Shown here in pieces: positions 29,304-39,463 of a stretch of 52,145 nucleotides of DNA. Position 1 is the stretch's first letter; each line of letters begins with the position of its first letter. A program made the position numbers and the translations under genes. The notes beneath the pieces were generated by a model. The model was not told the origin of the DNA. It was given only the letters and a program-made list of their open reading frames with translations, and did no database searches. The DNA comes from Candidatus Methanophagales archaeon. GTDB taxonomy: Archaea > Halobacteriota > Syntropharchaeia > Alkanophagales > Methanospirareceae. The DNA lies in NCBI GenBank assembly GCA_030612835.1, contig JAUWND010000001.1, positions 1 through 52,145 on the forward strand, written 5' to 3'.

Positions 29304-29495
29304 GGTATTAACATAGCAGTTCGACATGGCGAATGTGGCGAAGAATGAGGAGCGGCGATATACGAGGACGAAGCGGTTTTGGGTTTGAGGAAGTACGTTT
29401 ACGAGATAGTATTTGTTTAGCTAACAGCAAGATTAACAGATGCCATTAGCTATACAAATACGGGACTTGTTCCTCTGTTATACAGCTACTATTGC

Positions 29496-29753
29496 TCATA
29501 CATCCTTTAATTTCGACTTCAAATCTTTGCCCCGCACTGTAAGTCCATAGACCGTTCCTCTAGAAGGGTCATCAATTTCTTCTATGAAGTCTCCATCTAT
29601 CAGGAAGCCAAAATGTCGCTGAAAGTTTCTCCAATCCAAATACGCCTTTTTCATGATGCGGGTCTTTTTTGCCCTATTTTCCGCTATCGCAATCACCTCT
29701 AAAATATCCAGGATGATATCCCATCTACTCCTCGGCTTTATTTCACTTCTCAT
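29496..29753 (-). CDS. Small archaeal winged-helix transcriptional regulator
   Basis: RSRWDIILDIL...KKTRIMKKAYL...YGLTVRGK; SD GGAGATGA upstream. Confidence 0.88.
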   Translation of the reverse strand: MRSEIKPRSRWDIILDILEVIAIAENRAKKTRIMKKAYLDWRNFQRHFGFLIDGDFIEEIDDPSRGTVYGLTVRGKDLKSKLKDV

Positions 29754-29884
29754 TTTTTCATATCATCTCCTATTTTTTGGGGTATGTTTAACGTGCCCTT
29801 CCTCAGTGCTATCCCTTTGGTGTTCATCCCCTTTGTGGATACGCACCACGAGCCACCCACCCACTCTCGCCACATCTATTGTTT

Positions 29885-29920
29885 CTTTATATGGTAACTA
29901 TAAATTGTTACCATATAAAG
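29885..29920. promoter_or_regulatory. Perfect 14-bp inverted repeat (operator or paired TATA boxes)
   Basis: CTTTATATGGTAAC-N8-GTTACCATATAAAG between divergent genes. Confidence 0.65.
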
Positions 29921-30118
29921 TTTTCGGCATTATCCGATTTGTTATCCTGTTGGGTAACTGAAGTCATCCGCAAGATCGCTTATCCCGAAATCGATAAGAA
30001 ACCAGAGACGGAGTTAGCAGATGCGAAATACGATAGCAAGATAAATCCGCTGGATTTTATATCGAGTATAAAAACATTTATATATATATATATACATGAA
30101 TGTCGAGAATGAGATAAC

Positions 30119-31072
30119 ATGAACGGATTCGAGAATTGCAAATTGTGCGAATGGAAATGCGGAATTAACAGATATAATGAAGTGGGCGTATGCAACGTAA
30201 AACTGCCTGAGATTGCATATACCTGCCTAGCGCAATCGCTTAAAAGTTACTCAATAACTCTCCTCGGCTGCAATTTTAGATGTCTCTACTGCAACGCTTA
30301 CAGATTATCGCAATATCCGGATACCAATTGGTTCTATCGCGGTTACGTTGCGCCAAAAGAACTGGCAAAAGAAGCGGTAGATAAATTAAGAGCAGCAGGA
30401 CTCGAAAAGCTGGGTTTTACCGGTGGCGAACCGACAATACATCTTCCTTATATCGAAGAAGTAGTAATAGAGGCAAAGAAATTGATGCCCGAACTAAAAA
30501 TAGCATTTACAACAAATGGATTTGCAACCGAAGCGAGTATGAAACGGATAGTCAACATTTGTTCTTACATTGCACTTGAGATAAATGCATTTAATGATGA
30601 TATGCATCTGGCTTTAAGCGGCGCTCCTGTTGAGCCTGTCTTAAGAAATGCGAAATACCTTATCCAAAACAAAGCAAAAATAAGGGCTCTTAAAACCGTT
30701 GTGGTGCCAGGGATAAATGATAATGAGATAGAAGAAATAGCAAAATTTATTGCTTCTTTCGATACCTCAATACCGTATCACTTAATAGGATTTAGGCCGA
30801 GTTTTATGTTGTATTATCATCCGGGACCTACAAGGAAAGAACTGGCGGAGATAGGAAGAAGATGTAAAAGACATTTGGAAAACGTCACGTGGGGCGGTGA
30901 ATCCCCAAAAGGAGTGCAATTCAATGATTACGGGGCCGCACTTGCATTGAAATATGCTGAGTTAGCCGGGTGTGTGAGCAAAGACAGGAATTGTGGACGT
31001 TGTAGCATGAACAAAAACTGTCCTGCAATTTTAAAAGAGCCGTGGTTGAATAAGCAGGAGCGGGATGTATAA
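30119..31072 (+). CDS. Radical SAM protein (PflA/AmmeMemoRadiSAM-like)
   Basis: GCNFRCLYC, FTGGEPT, TNG; extra N- and C-terminal Cys clusters. Confidence 0.9.
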   Translation: MNGFENCKLCEWKCGINRYNEVGVCNVKLPEIAYTCLAQSLKSYSITLLGCNFRCLYCNAYRLSQYPDTNWFYRGYVAPKELAKEAVDKLRAAGLEKLGFTGGEPTIHLPYIEEVVIEAKKLMPELKIAFTTNGFATEASMKRIVNICSYIALEINAFNDDMHLALSGAPVEPVLRNAKYLIQNKAKIRALKTVVVPGINDNEIEEIAKFIASFDTSIPYHLIGFRPSFMLYYHPGPTRKELAEIGRRCKRHLENVTWGGESPKGVQFNDYGAALALKYAELAGCVSKDRNCGRCSMNKNCPAILKEPWLNKQERDV

Positions 31073-31106
31073 ATGAAAATGTGAAAACTAAAAAGAGGCA
31101 CTATAA

Positions 31107-32060
31107 ATGTTCTATTACCTTACTTTGTATGCCCGACTTATGATCTTCATGTTCTTGGGCATATTCATTGCAAATGTAGCTATGGAGTTGGGCTTACTGC
31201 GATATATCAGCAAGCCCCTGGAACCTTTGACGAAAGCGGCTAAACTGCCCCATGACGCCGCGATAATACCTGCCATCTTCCTCTTCAATGCAACAGCCGC
31301 ACATGCAACGTTAGCATCTTTATTAAATAATAAGCAGGTGAATGAGAAAGAAGCGATCACCGCTGTGCTCATATCCTCTGCTACAATGCGAATGAGAATC
31401 CTACTCCAGTATTACTTACCCATAGCAGTGCCTGCACTTGGCTTCACGCTCGCCGCGAAGTATATCGCATTCTCTTTTATCGGAGCTATTGTAACCATGA
31501 CGATAGGATTTTGTTATGGTAGACTGAGCATCAACCACGTGGAACAAGTAAATGGAGGCTTTGAAGATAAATCATCAACGGGAGAAGAGATAAAAAAATC
31601 AAAGAAAGAAGCAATAAAGAAATCCTTTGCCGATGCTCTAAATCTCATGAAAAAAATATCGCTGAGGCTGGGGATAACACTTATCGTGTTAATGTTATTG
31701 ATGCATTTTGGTGCCTTTGAAGCGTTAGGCGAACATATCGCTCCTGCTTTACATCCTGTTGGTCTTTCTCCTCAATCGATTATTGTGATCTCTACCCAGA
31801 TTGCAAGCCCTACGGCAGGTATGGTTATGGCAGGAGAGATGTTCCGAAACGATTTATTTACTTCTAAGGAGGTCTTGCTCACTCTATTCATTGGCTTGCT
31901 CCTTTTCGTTTCGATAATGGATTTCCCGAAGAACGTTTTCCCTATTTTTACTTCTATCTATGGCATCAAGTTCGCCACGAAATTGGCTTCTATCGAACTC
32001 GCCGTGTTCATAGGCACAACGGTATTCATAATAACTACAATCTATTTTGTAATAGCATAA
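31107..32060 (+). CDS. Nucleoside-recognition (Gate) domain membrane protein
   Basis: Two hydrophobic halves with PL...LP and PALHPVGL motifs and a charged central linker. Confidence 0.7.
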   Translation: MFYYLTLYARLMIFMFLGIFIANVAMELGLLRYISKPLEPLTKAAKLPHDAAIIPAIFLFNATAAHATLASLLNNKQVNEKEAITAVLISSATMRMRILLQYYLPIAVPALGFTLAAKYIAFSFIGAIVTMTIGFCYGRLSINHVEQVNGGFEDKSSTGEEIKKSKKEAIKKSFADALNLMKKISLRLGITLIVLMLLMHFGAFEALGEHIAPALHPVGLSPQSIIVISTQIASPTAGMVMAGEMFRNDLFTSKEVLLTLFIGLLLFVSIMDFPKNVFPIFTSIYGIKFATKLASIELAVFIGTTVFIITTIYFVIA

Positions 32061-32391
32061 CTTGACAATGTCAGATTAACCGCAGAGTTCACAGAGAGCG
32101 CAGAGGATATAGGGTAGCTATGTCCTTTTATCTCCTTCACAACCAGAACCAATTTTATTACCCCTTGATATGTTGGTAAAAAGTTACCAATACATAACGT
32201 TTGGAAATAACAATCTGCACATGAAATTTTCTCTGCGTTTATTTTTCGATTTTAATGATTGTCGTGAGTTTTAGATAGCGATTTCTTTTATACTGTCTTA
32301 TTTTCTCAACTTCATCGGACTTTTTTTCTTTGTTTTGAGAATAGACTTATTATATCTGATAGTTTGAAGAATAAAAGAAATAGAAAAGCTT

Positions 32392-32874
32392 TTTTCGCCG
32401 AAGTATCGCGGGAAGGTATTGGAAGGTGAAGTAGCGGAAGCGGCGGAAGAAATTATCAGGGAAAGCTGTAAAGAGCTGGATATTGAAATTATAGACATGG
32501 CTATGAATGTGGATCACGTTCACTTGTTTATCAAATATCCCCCAAAATATTCCGTTAGCTGGATAGCGAAGCGGATAAAGGGGAGAAGCAGTAAGCAAAC
32601 CCTTTTAGAAAAAGCGTTTACGGAAAAACGCTTCGCAGTGAGGGATCAATTTCCACAGCTTAAGGAGTGGTGCCCTGATCACTTGTGGGCACCATCGTGC
32701 TACCATGGGTCAGTGGGGCATGGCTGGGAAGTGGTGGAGAAGTATATATCGGGGCAGAAGGGTTACGAGAAGACAGATACTGTTCCGGTGATAGATGAAG
32801 AAATGGCAAAAACACACAAAACCTGGTACAATACGCTTTATAACAAACTTTTTGGAGAGAGGCATCAAAAATAA
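32392..32874 (+). pseudogene. tnpA: IS200/IS605 Y1 transposase remnant, 5'-truncated, with internal insertion
   Basis: FSPKYR, DHVHLF (HUH), IKGRSS, LWAPS, VEKYI (catalytic Tyr); N-terminus missing, C-terminal tail looks unrelated. Confidence 0.88.
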
Positions 32875-33050
32875 AAAAAATCGAAAAGCTTTTATATAGC
32901 TATGACATACCTATGATAATAGCGTAGTTTAAGTCATCGGCGGTCGTGCTTAAGTACAGGCCTTGTACTTAAGTACGGGGTATGTGACTTCGTAGTGATG
33001 AAGAAAAAAAACGAAAAAGGTTTTTATTCTCAGAGACATATAATAAAGAT

Positions 33051-33863
33051 ATGACACTAGTCCAGGCGTCAATCGCTAATAAAAGTGAAACAGTTATTAT
33101 AATTGCGGATAGATTATTAACTAGGTCATTTGGAGAAAACTTTCCAAGTTATGAATTTGAAGGGAACTCTCCGAAAATTATTTCAAGAGGTAATGTTGGG
33201 ATCGGTTTTGCTGGGTCGGCATTGTACGCTGATATGGCTACTTCGGAACTTCCGTCCACTATTTCTGATTTTGATGAAATCGTGAATGCAATCTCAAGAT
33301 TCGTTAAAGATACAAGGGACTCAACAGTTAAAGATGAAGTCACTAGAGTTACAGGAATCCAATCGGATGATTTTTTTTCAAACTCTCAAATTGTTCCAGA
33401 ACAAGTTAGGGATTACACATATGGTTGGCTCATGCAATTTCGGTTAGATTTCGAATGCATCGTTGCTGGTTTCGACAAGGATAAAAATGCAAAAATAGTT
33501 TATATAACAGAAGAGGGAAGTACAATATCCGCAACTAATTTTGGAGTTGGTTCAATAGGTTCAGGTTCGCCTTTTTCACAGATATACTTTGATCAATATA
33601 ACTACGACCTTTCAATACCTGAAATCGAAAGTTTGTTTTTTGCATATAAAGCAAAAAAATGGGCTGAAGCTCCAACTGGTGTGGGATTAAAAACAGATAT
33701 TTTGATATTGAGAAAAGACAATACATCGGTAAAAATTAGGGATGAAGATGTATTAATGAGAGAAATCGGAGATGCCTACAGCAAAGAAAAAGAAAAAAAA
33801 TCTGAGATTAGAGAGAGTTTATTAATAAAGTTAATAAAAAATAGTTCGGGGGTGTTAAGATGA
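33051..33863 (+). CDS. Stand-alone proteasome-beta-like Ntn hydrolase
   Basis: M-T-L-V start (Thr1), ADR, PKI, IGFAGS and SIGSGS correspond to Thr1/Asp17/Lys33/Gly47/Ser129 of proteasome beta subunits. Confidence 0.7.
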   Translation: MTLVQASIANKSETVIIIADRLLTRSFGENFPSYEFEGNSPKIISRGNVGIGFAGSALYADMATSELPSTISDFDEIVNAISRFVKDTRDSTVKDEVTRVTGIQSDDFFSNSQIVPEQVRDYTYGWLMQFRLDFECIVAGFDKDKNAKIVYITEEGSTISATNFGVGSIGSGSPFSQIYFDQYNYDLSIPEIESLFFAYKAKKWAEAPTGVGLKTDILILRKDNTSVKIRDEDVLMREIGDAYSKEKEKKSEIRESLLIKLIKNSSGVLR

Positions 33864-33988
33864 AACCTACAATATTGACGCCCGAATGGGAAAAGAAAAA
33901 GAAGAAGACGGCAGAAGAATTAATGAGAAAGGGAGAGTTATTTTTCGATTTACAAAAACAGAAACGCGAATTTAAAAAAGTTGTATAA
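33860..33988 (+). CDS. 42-aa basic small protein, translationally coupled
   Basis: ATGA overlap with the upstream stop, GGGGTG SD; MKPTILTPEWEKKKKKTAEELMRKGELFFDLQKQKREFKKVV*. Confidence 0.5.
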   Translation: MKPTILTPEWEKKKKKTAEELMRKGELFFDLQKQKREFKKVV

Positions 33989-34035
33989 ATTATCAACGCT
34001 GAGATAAGCCATGGAGAGACGATGTAGCAACAAGG

Positions 34036-34062
34036 ATGCCACGGACTTCAGTCCGTGGTGGC
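34036..34062. mobile_element. IS200/IS605-type subterminal hairpin
   Basis: CCACGGAC-TTCA-GTCCGTGG at 34039-34058, the typical form of IS200/IS605 end hairpins. Confidence 0.65.
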
Positions 34063-34250
34063 TAGGATGGGGCTAAATTTGTACATAAAGTATAACTCCT
34101 GAAGGCAAGTTTAGAAATGATTTGAGTAAGTGTATGTTTTCCCTCATGATTTTTACCAACGGCAAAAAGTTTGTGAAAATCTACGCAATCTTGGGGATAT
34201 AAATAATATTTTTATATCACAAGTTATAATAATAGAGTAGGGAGATATAA

Positions 34251-37200
34251 ATGAAGTTAGCGGCAATAACATGGGGAAGTGATATGGCATTGCTCATTAA
34301 TGCCTGTAAAGAGCTTGGTGTGGCGTTAAACGTCTGGTCAACCTATGAGGTAGAGGATGCGAGGAAGCGAAAGGTGTGCATAAAATCCCTTGGAGAGGCG
34401 GACATCATTCTCTTACATCCCTCAAACGAGGCACATTGGGATGAGATAATCGATGGACTGGATAAAGGAGTCCCTACAATCTCTTTTGGACATGATTCTT
34501 CCTACTGGTCGCTTTCTAATGTCCCCTTAGATGTTGTTGCAACGGTCAATGCATACCACACATATGGCGAGGCAGGGAACATAACTAATATGGTACGATA
34601 CATAGGAAAAGAGGTTTTAGGTCTTGATTATAAATATGAGAACCCAAAAGAGTCGCTGTGGGAGGGCATATATCATCCGGATGCCGAAATCGCTTTCGAC
34701 TGCTTAGATGACTATTTCGCGTGGTATAAACCCAATCGCAAGCATAAGGTCGGTATTCTCTTCTTTCGTACTTATTGGGCGAGCAGAGACCTTGAACCCG
34801 TGAATGCTCTGATTCGCGAATTAGAAAACGAGTTTGATGTGATACCTGTCTTCAGCTATGGGATGGGCGATAAGGAATTAGGCGCCAAATCGAGCGGAGA
34901 AGTCATTGACGCTTTCTTTATGGACATAATTGATGCATTCATAAATCTTCAATCGGCATTTAATGCCGGAGACGAGGGTGGGACGGTACCAGCACTGAAG
35001 AAACTCGATGTACCGGTATTCCACCCCGTTATGCCATACCATGCGACAGAAGAGGAATGGAGAAACGATATAATGGGGTTAAGCAGCCTGGAAGTTGGCT
35101 GGAGTCTTGCGATGCCGGAATTAGAAGGCGTAATCGAACCGATAATAATAGGTGCATTAAAAAGAGATAGTGATAACGAATTCGAGCAGCATACACAGAT
35201 AGAAGAACGGGTGAAAAAGATTGCGCTCCGGGTGAAGAACTGGATAGAGCTGAAAGATAAACCAAAATCAGACAGAAAAGTGGCATTTATCCTACATAAT
35301 AATCCATGTGCAAGCGTTGAAGCAACAGTAGGCGGGGCTGCGCATCTTGATGCCCTGGAAAGTGCCGCGAGGATATTGAGGAGAATGAAAGAGGCGGGCT
35401 ATTCTATCGAGCCACCGGAAGGTGGTAAAGCGCTTATAGAGACGATTATGTCCCGAAAGGCGATTTCTGAGTTCCGATGGACTACGATAGATGAAATTGT
35501 AAATAAAGGCGGGGCACTCGCAATGATAGATAAAGCAGAATATGAAAAGTGGTTTGATACACTCGCCCAAGAAGTGAAGGAAAGAACATGTGAAGCATGG
35601 GGAAATCCTCCTGGTGAGGCGAAGGATGGTGTCCCCGCCGCAATGGTTTATGATAATAAGATCGTGGTAACAGGCGTAAATTATGGAAATGCCGTTGTTT
35701 GCGTGCAGCCGAAGCGAGGATGCGCGGGTTCACGATGTGACGGGCAGGTATGCAAGGTTTTACACGACCCGGAAGTGCCGCCACCGCATCAATATCTCGC
35801 CACCTACCAGTACTTGGAAAATACCTTCGGCGCAGATGTGATTGTCCATGTAGGAACGCATGGCAACCTGGAGTTTTTGCCCGGCAAATCGGTCGCGCTC
35901 TCGGAGAGCTGCTACCCTGATATTGCAATAGGGAATTTGCCTCATCTGTATATCTACAATTCTGATAATCCTCCGGAAGGGACAATAGCAAAGAGGAGGT
36001 GTTATGCAACGCTCGTTGACCATATGCAGACAGTTATGACCGAAAGTGGCTTGTATGGCGATTTAAAAGGTCTTGAAGACAATATTGCAGAATATAACAA
36101 GGTTAAATCATCCGATAAGGCAAGAGCGCATGCGTTAGAGCACATAATTGTTGATTTGATAAGGAAGACGAAACTGTCAGAGGAGATAAAGCTTGATAAA
36201 AGGTTAGAGGATGGGTATTCATTTGCGGGAGTAATAGAACTTGCACACAGCGCTATCACTCGCATATACAACACGCAGATTCCTGATGGCATGCATATAT
36301 TCGGCGAAGTTCCCGGAGGTGGTAAGAAGGTCGAGTTAATCAATTCGATACTGAAACATGATTCAGAGCTAAGAATACTGATTTTTGGGCTTCTGGGACT
36401 CGATATAGCGCCATCCGAAGCGGAAAGCGAGCTTTTAGCTAAGGTGGATGGCTTTGCGAAGGAGTTTATTTCTGCCTTCTTATCAGAAGAGGAACCTCTT
36501 GAAGCAGCGAAGCGGATATTTGGGGGCGAATTTAAGCGGGAAAAGACAGAAAAGCTATATTCGATGTGGGAAAAGGTAATGGATATTTCTTCAAGGATAG
36601 TGGCATCGGACGAGATGGGTAGTTTGTTTCATGGCTTTGATGCAGGATACATCGAGCCGGGACCTTCGGGGCTCATAACAAGAGGAAAGCCCGAGATACT
36701 ACCCACAGGCAGGAACTTTTATTCTCTTGACCCGTTTAAGATCCCAACAAGAGCTGCCTGGGAGATCGGTAAGCGACTTGCAGATGGAGTGATCGGGAAA
36801 TACGAGGCGGAGAACGGAAAGCCGCCTGAGAACATTGCTATGTACTGGACGGCATCAGACATCATGTGGGCAGATGGCGAGCAACTAGCACAGATATTGT
36901 ATTTAGTCGGCGTGGAGCCAGTTTGGAAAGGCGGAAAGGTAAATGGATACAGGATAATGCCATTAGAAGAACTTGGTCGCCCGAGGATAGATGTAACAAT
37001 AAGAGTGAGTGGAATCACGAGAGATTGCTTTTACAATTGCATCGAACTCGTAGATGAGGCAATAGAGGAAGTTGCTATGCTTGACGAACCGATAGAAGAG
37101 AACTATGTGAGAAAACATGCATTGGACACGGAGAAGAAGAATAGAACAGAAAATGAGACAGAATATGCACATATATTCGGAAGTAAGCCGGGCACGTATG

Positions 37201-37988
37201 GAAACGGCGTGAATTTAGCGGTCTATGCATCTGCGTGGAAGGAGGATAAAGACCTGTCAGATGTGTTTGTGCATTGGAGCAGATATGCATACGGGAAGAG
37301 ATTTTTTGGTGTCGAAGCGCAGGATACGCTCGTTGCGCAGCTTGGAACTGTTAACCTCACTTTCAATAAGACAGTTACAGATGAATACGATCTGTTGGGC
37401 TGCTGTTGCTATTTCGGGACTCATGGCGGTCTAACAACTGTGGCGAAGGAGATTTCCGGGAATGATGTGCACGCATATTATGGTGATACGAGGGACCGGG
37501 ACAAAATAGAAGTACGGAGCCTTGCAGACGAGGTGAGAAGGGTTGTCCGGTCGAAGTTGCTGAATCCGAAATGGATAGCTGGAATGAAGCGTCATGGCTA
37601 CAAAGGTGCTGGTGACATATCAAAGCGGATAGGAAGGGTTTACGGCTGGGAAGCGACCACGCAAGAGGTAGATGATTGGATATTCGATGATATTGCAAGG
37701 ACCTTCGTATTGGATACGGAGATGAGGGAGTTCTTTGAGCAGAACAACCCCTGGGCGTTGGAAGAGGTCGGAAGAAGATTGTTAGAGGCTTATGAACGTG
37801 GGCTATGGGATGCAGATGATGAAGTAATAAAAGGATTGAAGAGCGCATACCTCGAGATGGAAGGGTGGATAGAAGAGAAGATGGGCGATGTGAAAGGCGA
37901 TTTCCAGGGTGGTGCGATAGATGTGATGCCAATAGAGGATTTTAAAGTATTGAATGAAAATGTGAAAGAGATACAAAAGGGTGAATAG
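34251..37988 (+). CDS. cobN: Cobaltochelatase CobN-family subunit
   Basis: HVGTHGNLEFLPGK, LPTGRNFY, RPRIDV, LLNPKWI...HGYKGA; 1245 aa. Confidence 0.95.
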   Translation: MKLAAITWGSDMALLINACKELGVALNVWSTYEVEDARKRKVCIKSLGEADIILLHPSNEAHWDEIIDGLDKGVPTISFGHDSSYWSLSNVPLDVVATVNAYHTYGEAGNITNMVRYIGKEVLGLDYKYENPKESLWEGIYHPDAEIAFDCLDDYFAWYKPNRKHKVGILFFRTYWASRDLEPVNALIRELENEFDVIPVFSYGMGDKELGAKSSGEVIDAFFMDIIDAFINLQSAFNAGDEGGTVPALKKLDVPVFHPVMPYHATEEEWRNDIMGLSSLEVGWSLAMPELEGVIEPIIIGALKRDSDNEFEQHTQIEERVKKIALRVKNWIELKDKPKSDRKVAFILHNNPCASVEATVGGAAHLDALESAARILRRMKEAGYSIEPPEGGKALIETIMSRKAISEFRWTTIDEIVNKGGALAMIDKAEYEKWFDTLAQEVKERTCEAWGNPPGEAKDGVPAAMVYDNKIVVTGVNYGNAVVCVQPKRGCAGSRCDGQVCKVLHDPEVPPPHQYLATYQYLENTFGADVIVHVGTHGNLEFLPGKSVALSESCYPDIAIGNLPHLYIYNSDNPPEGTIAKRRCYATLVDHMQTVMTESGLYGDLKGLEDNIAEYNKVKSSDKARAHALEHIIVDLIRKTKLSEEIKLDKRLEDGYSFAGVIELAHSAITRIYNTQIPDGMHIFGEVPGGGKKVELINSILKHDSELRILIFGLLGLDIAPSEAESELLAKVDGFAKEFISAFLSEEEPLEAAKRIFGGEFKREKTEKLYSMWEKVMDISSRIVASDEMGSLFHGFDAGYIEPGPSGLITRGKPEILPTGRNFYSLDPFKIPTRAAWEIGKRLADGVIGKYEAENGKPPENIAMYWTASDIMWADGEQLAQILYLVGVEPVWKGGKVNGYRIMPLEELGRPRIDVTIRVSGITRDCFYNCIELVDEAIEEVAMLDEPIEENYVRKHALDTEKKNRTENETEYAHIFGSKPGTYGNGVNLAVYASAWKEDKDLSDVFVHWSRYAYGKRFFGVEAQDTLVAQLGTVNLTFNKTVTDEYDLLGCCCYFGTHGGLTTVAKEISGNDVHAYYGDTRDRDKIEVRSLADEVRRVVRSKLLNPKWIAGMKRHGYKGAGDISKRIGRVYGWEATTQEVDDWIFDDIARTFVLDTEMREFFEQNNPWALEEVGRRLLEAYERGLWDADDEVIKGLKSAYLEMEGWIEEKMGDVKGDFQGGAIDVMPIEDFKVLNENVKEIQKGE

Positions 37989-38112
37989 GAATAAGACCAC
38001 GAGATTACACAAGATTACACAGAGAGAGAAAACGAAAGTATCTTAATGGGAGTCCAGCTATTCCTTTATCTGGTGATAAAAAAGATACATTGCTCGTTAG
38101 GGGTGAAACCAG

Positions 38113-39040
38113 ATGAAAATTGAAGAACGATTTACGGGGAGGGAGAAGGGAAAAAGAAGGTTTTGAATTCGTCATTGGTATCAGATATGTTAGTTTTACT
38201 TCTTTTGATGGTTTTTGTGCTCCTTGCAACTCTTTCAGCAGCGGCAGAACCGGGAGCAGTATGGATCAATGCGCCTTAATATGTAGAGGAAGAAGGAACT
38301 TTTGATTCAAACGTTGTGGTTGTTACCGCTGTTAGGGCTGGACGCTTGAATGAGGCGACAATACCCGTAGGGATGTGGAAGTTAATGGGTAAAAATACAA
38401 TCAGAGTGCTTCCTGACGTTCCAGGGCTTAAGTGGCTGTCGGCGTATATCTCTGGAAAAGCTCGCAGTGCATAGTTGAAGATAATGTCTGTGAGGGATGT
38501 TCCCATGGAATTTACCTGGGTAATTCGTCTGAGAACATCGTGCGGGACAACATCTGCAATAACGGCACTAAAGCCAGACCCTTGTTCCTGGACGGAGACG
38601 GTATACACCTCGACTACTCGGCGGATAATAATCTAACTGTGAACAACACATGCTGCTGGAACGAAGACGAGGGCATTGACGTATGGACTAGTTCTAATAA
38701 CACCATAAAGAGGAATGAAATCTGTGAGAATAAAGAAGGTGGTGTTGATTTGATCTGCTCCTCAAATACAAAAATATACCTCAACAACTTCGTGAACAAT
38801 GCTGGAAGTAAAGACAGGGATTCCAATATCTGGAACTCAACATCAAAAATAACATACACTTACAAGGGCAATACCTACACCAATTATTTAGGCAACTACT
38901 GGAGCGAATACAACGGAAGCGATGCCGACAACGATGGACTAGGCGATACTCCTTATCGCATAGATTCAGATAAAGACAATTATCAGCTGATGGAATCCTG
39001 GGAAAAGTACGTTATGCTTTATGGGAAATATAAATCATAA
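38113..39040 (+). pseudogene. Degraded cell-surface protein (signal peptide, cohesin-like remnant, NosD/CASH beta-helix)
   Basis: ATG 38113 closes early; signal-like segment then WINAP*YVEE (TAA 38277); frame change into GIYL..SS.N repeats and YLGNYWSEY...DGLGDTPY. Confidence 0.72.
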
Positions 39041-39081
39041 AATAAGTGTGAAATGTTATAGCTAAAAAGCATTACAATAAT

Positions 39082-39240
39082 ATGATGGAGATCATATATA
39101 CTTCGCTGATATACACCCTTTACTGGATGTCAAGAGTTATCCTGATCATAGCAATAGGTATATTTGCGACGAGTTTCGCGGTTAACATCGGGCTAATGCG
39201 GAAATTTGACCGGTTGATTAATACCTTTATGTACAACTAG
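39082..39240 (+). pseudogene. Truncated Gate-domain protein paralogue
   Basis: RVILIIAIGIFATSFAVNIGLMRKF aligns with RLMIFMFLGIFIANVAMELGLLRYI of 31107-32060; stops after 52 aa. Confidence 0.65.
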
Positions 39241-39299
39241 AAACTACAAAGGTGGCAGGGTAATTAATGGTTTTCACCGATTCCTGTATGTGATGGGAA

Positions 39300-39351
39300 T
39301 ACATGAAAGTCGAGAATGAGGAAACATGAAAGAATTCGAGAATTGCAATTG
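39300..39351 (+). repeat. Relic of radical SAM gene 5' end (similar to 30092-30144)
   Basis: TACATGAAAGTCGAGAATGAGGAAACATGAAAGAATTCGAGAATTGCAA versus TACATGAATGTCGAGAATGAGATAACATGAACGGATTCGAGAATTGCAA. Confidence 0.8.
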
Positions 39352-39463
39352 AAAATCAAACAATACAGAAAAAAGTTTTATCAAATAAATATCGAAAAGA
39401 TTATATGGCGTCAATGTTAATATGTTATGTTAAATAGTCACAAATAAAAGAGGTGGATAACAA

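Noticed and set aside
29790..29876. GC-richer leader of the wHTH gene as ncRNA
   Set aside because: Only a weak interrupted hairpin; not enough support from sequence alone.
34060..34250. Cobalamin riboswitch upstream of cobN
   Set aside because: No B12-box or other conserved elements; region is AT-rich promoter-like sequence.
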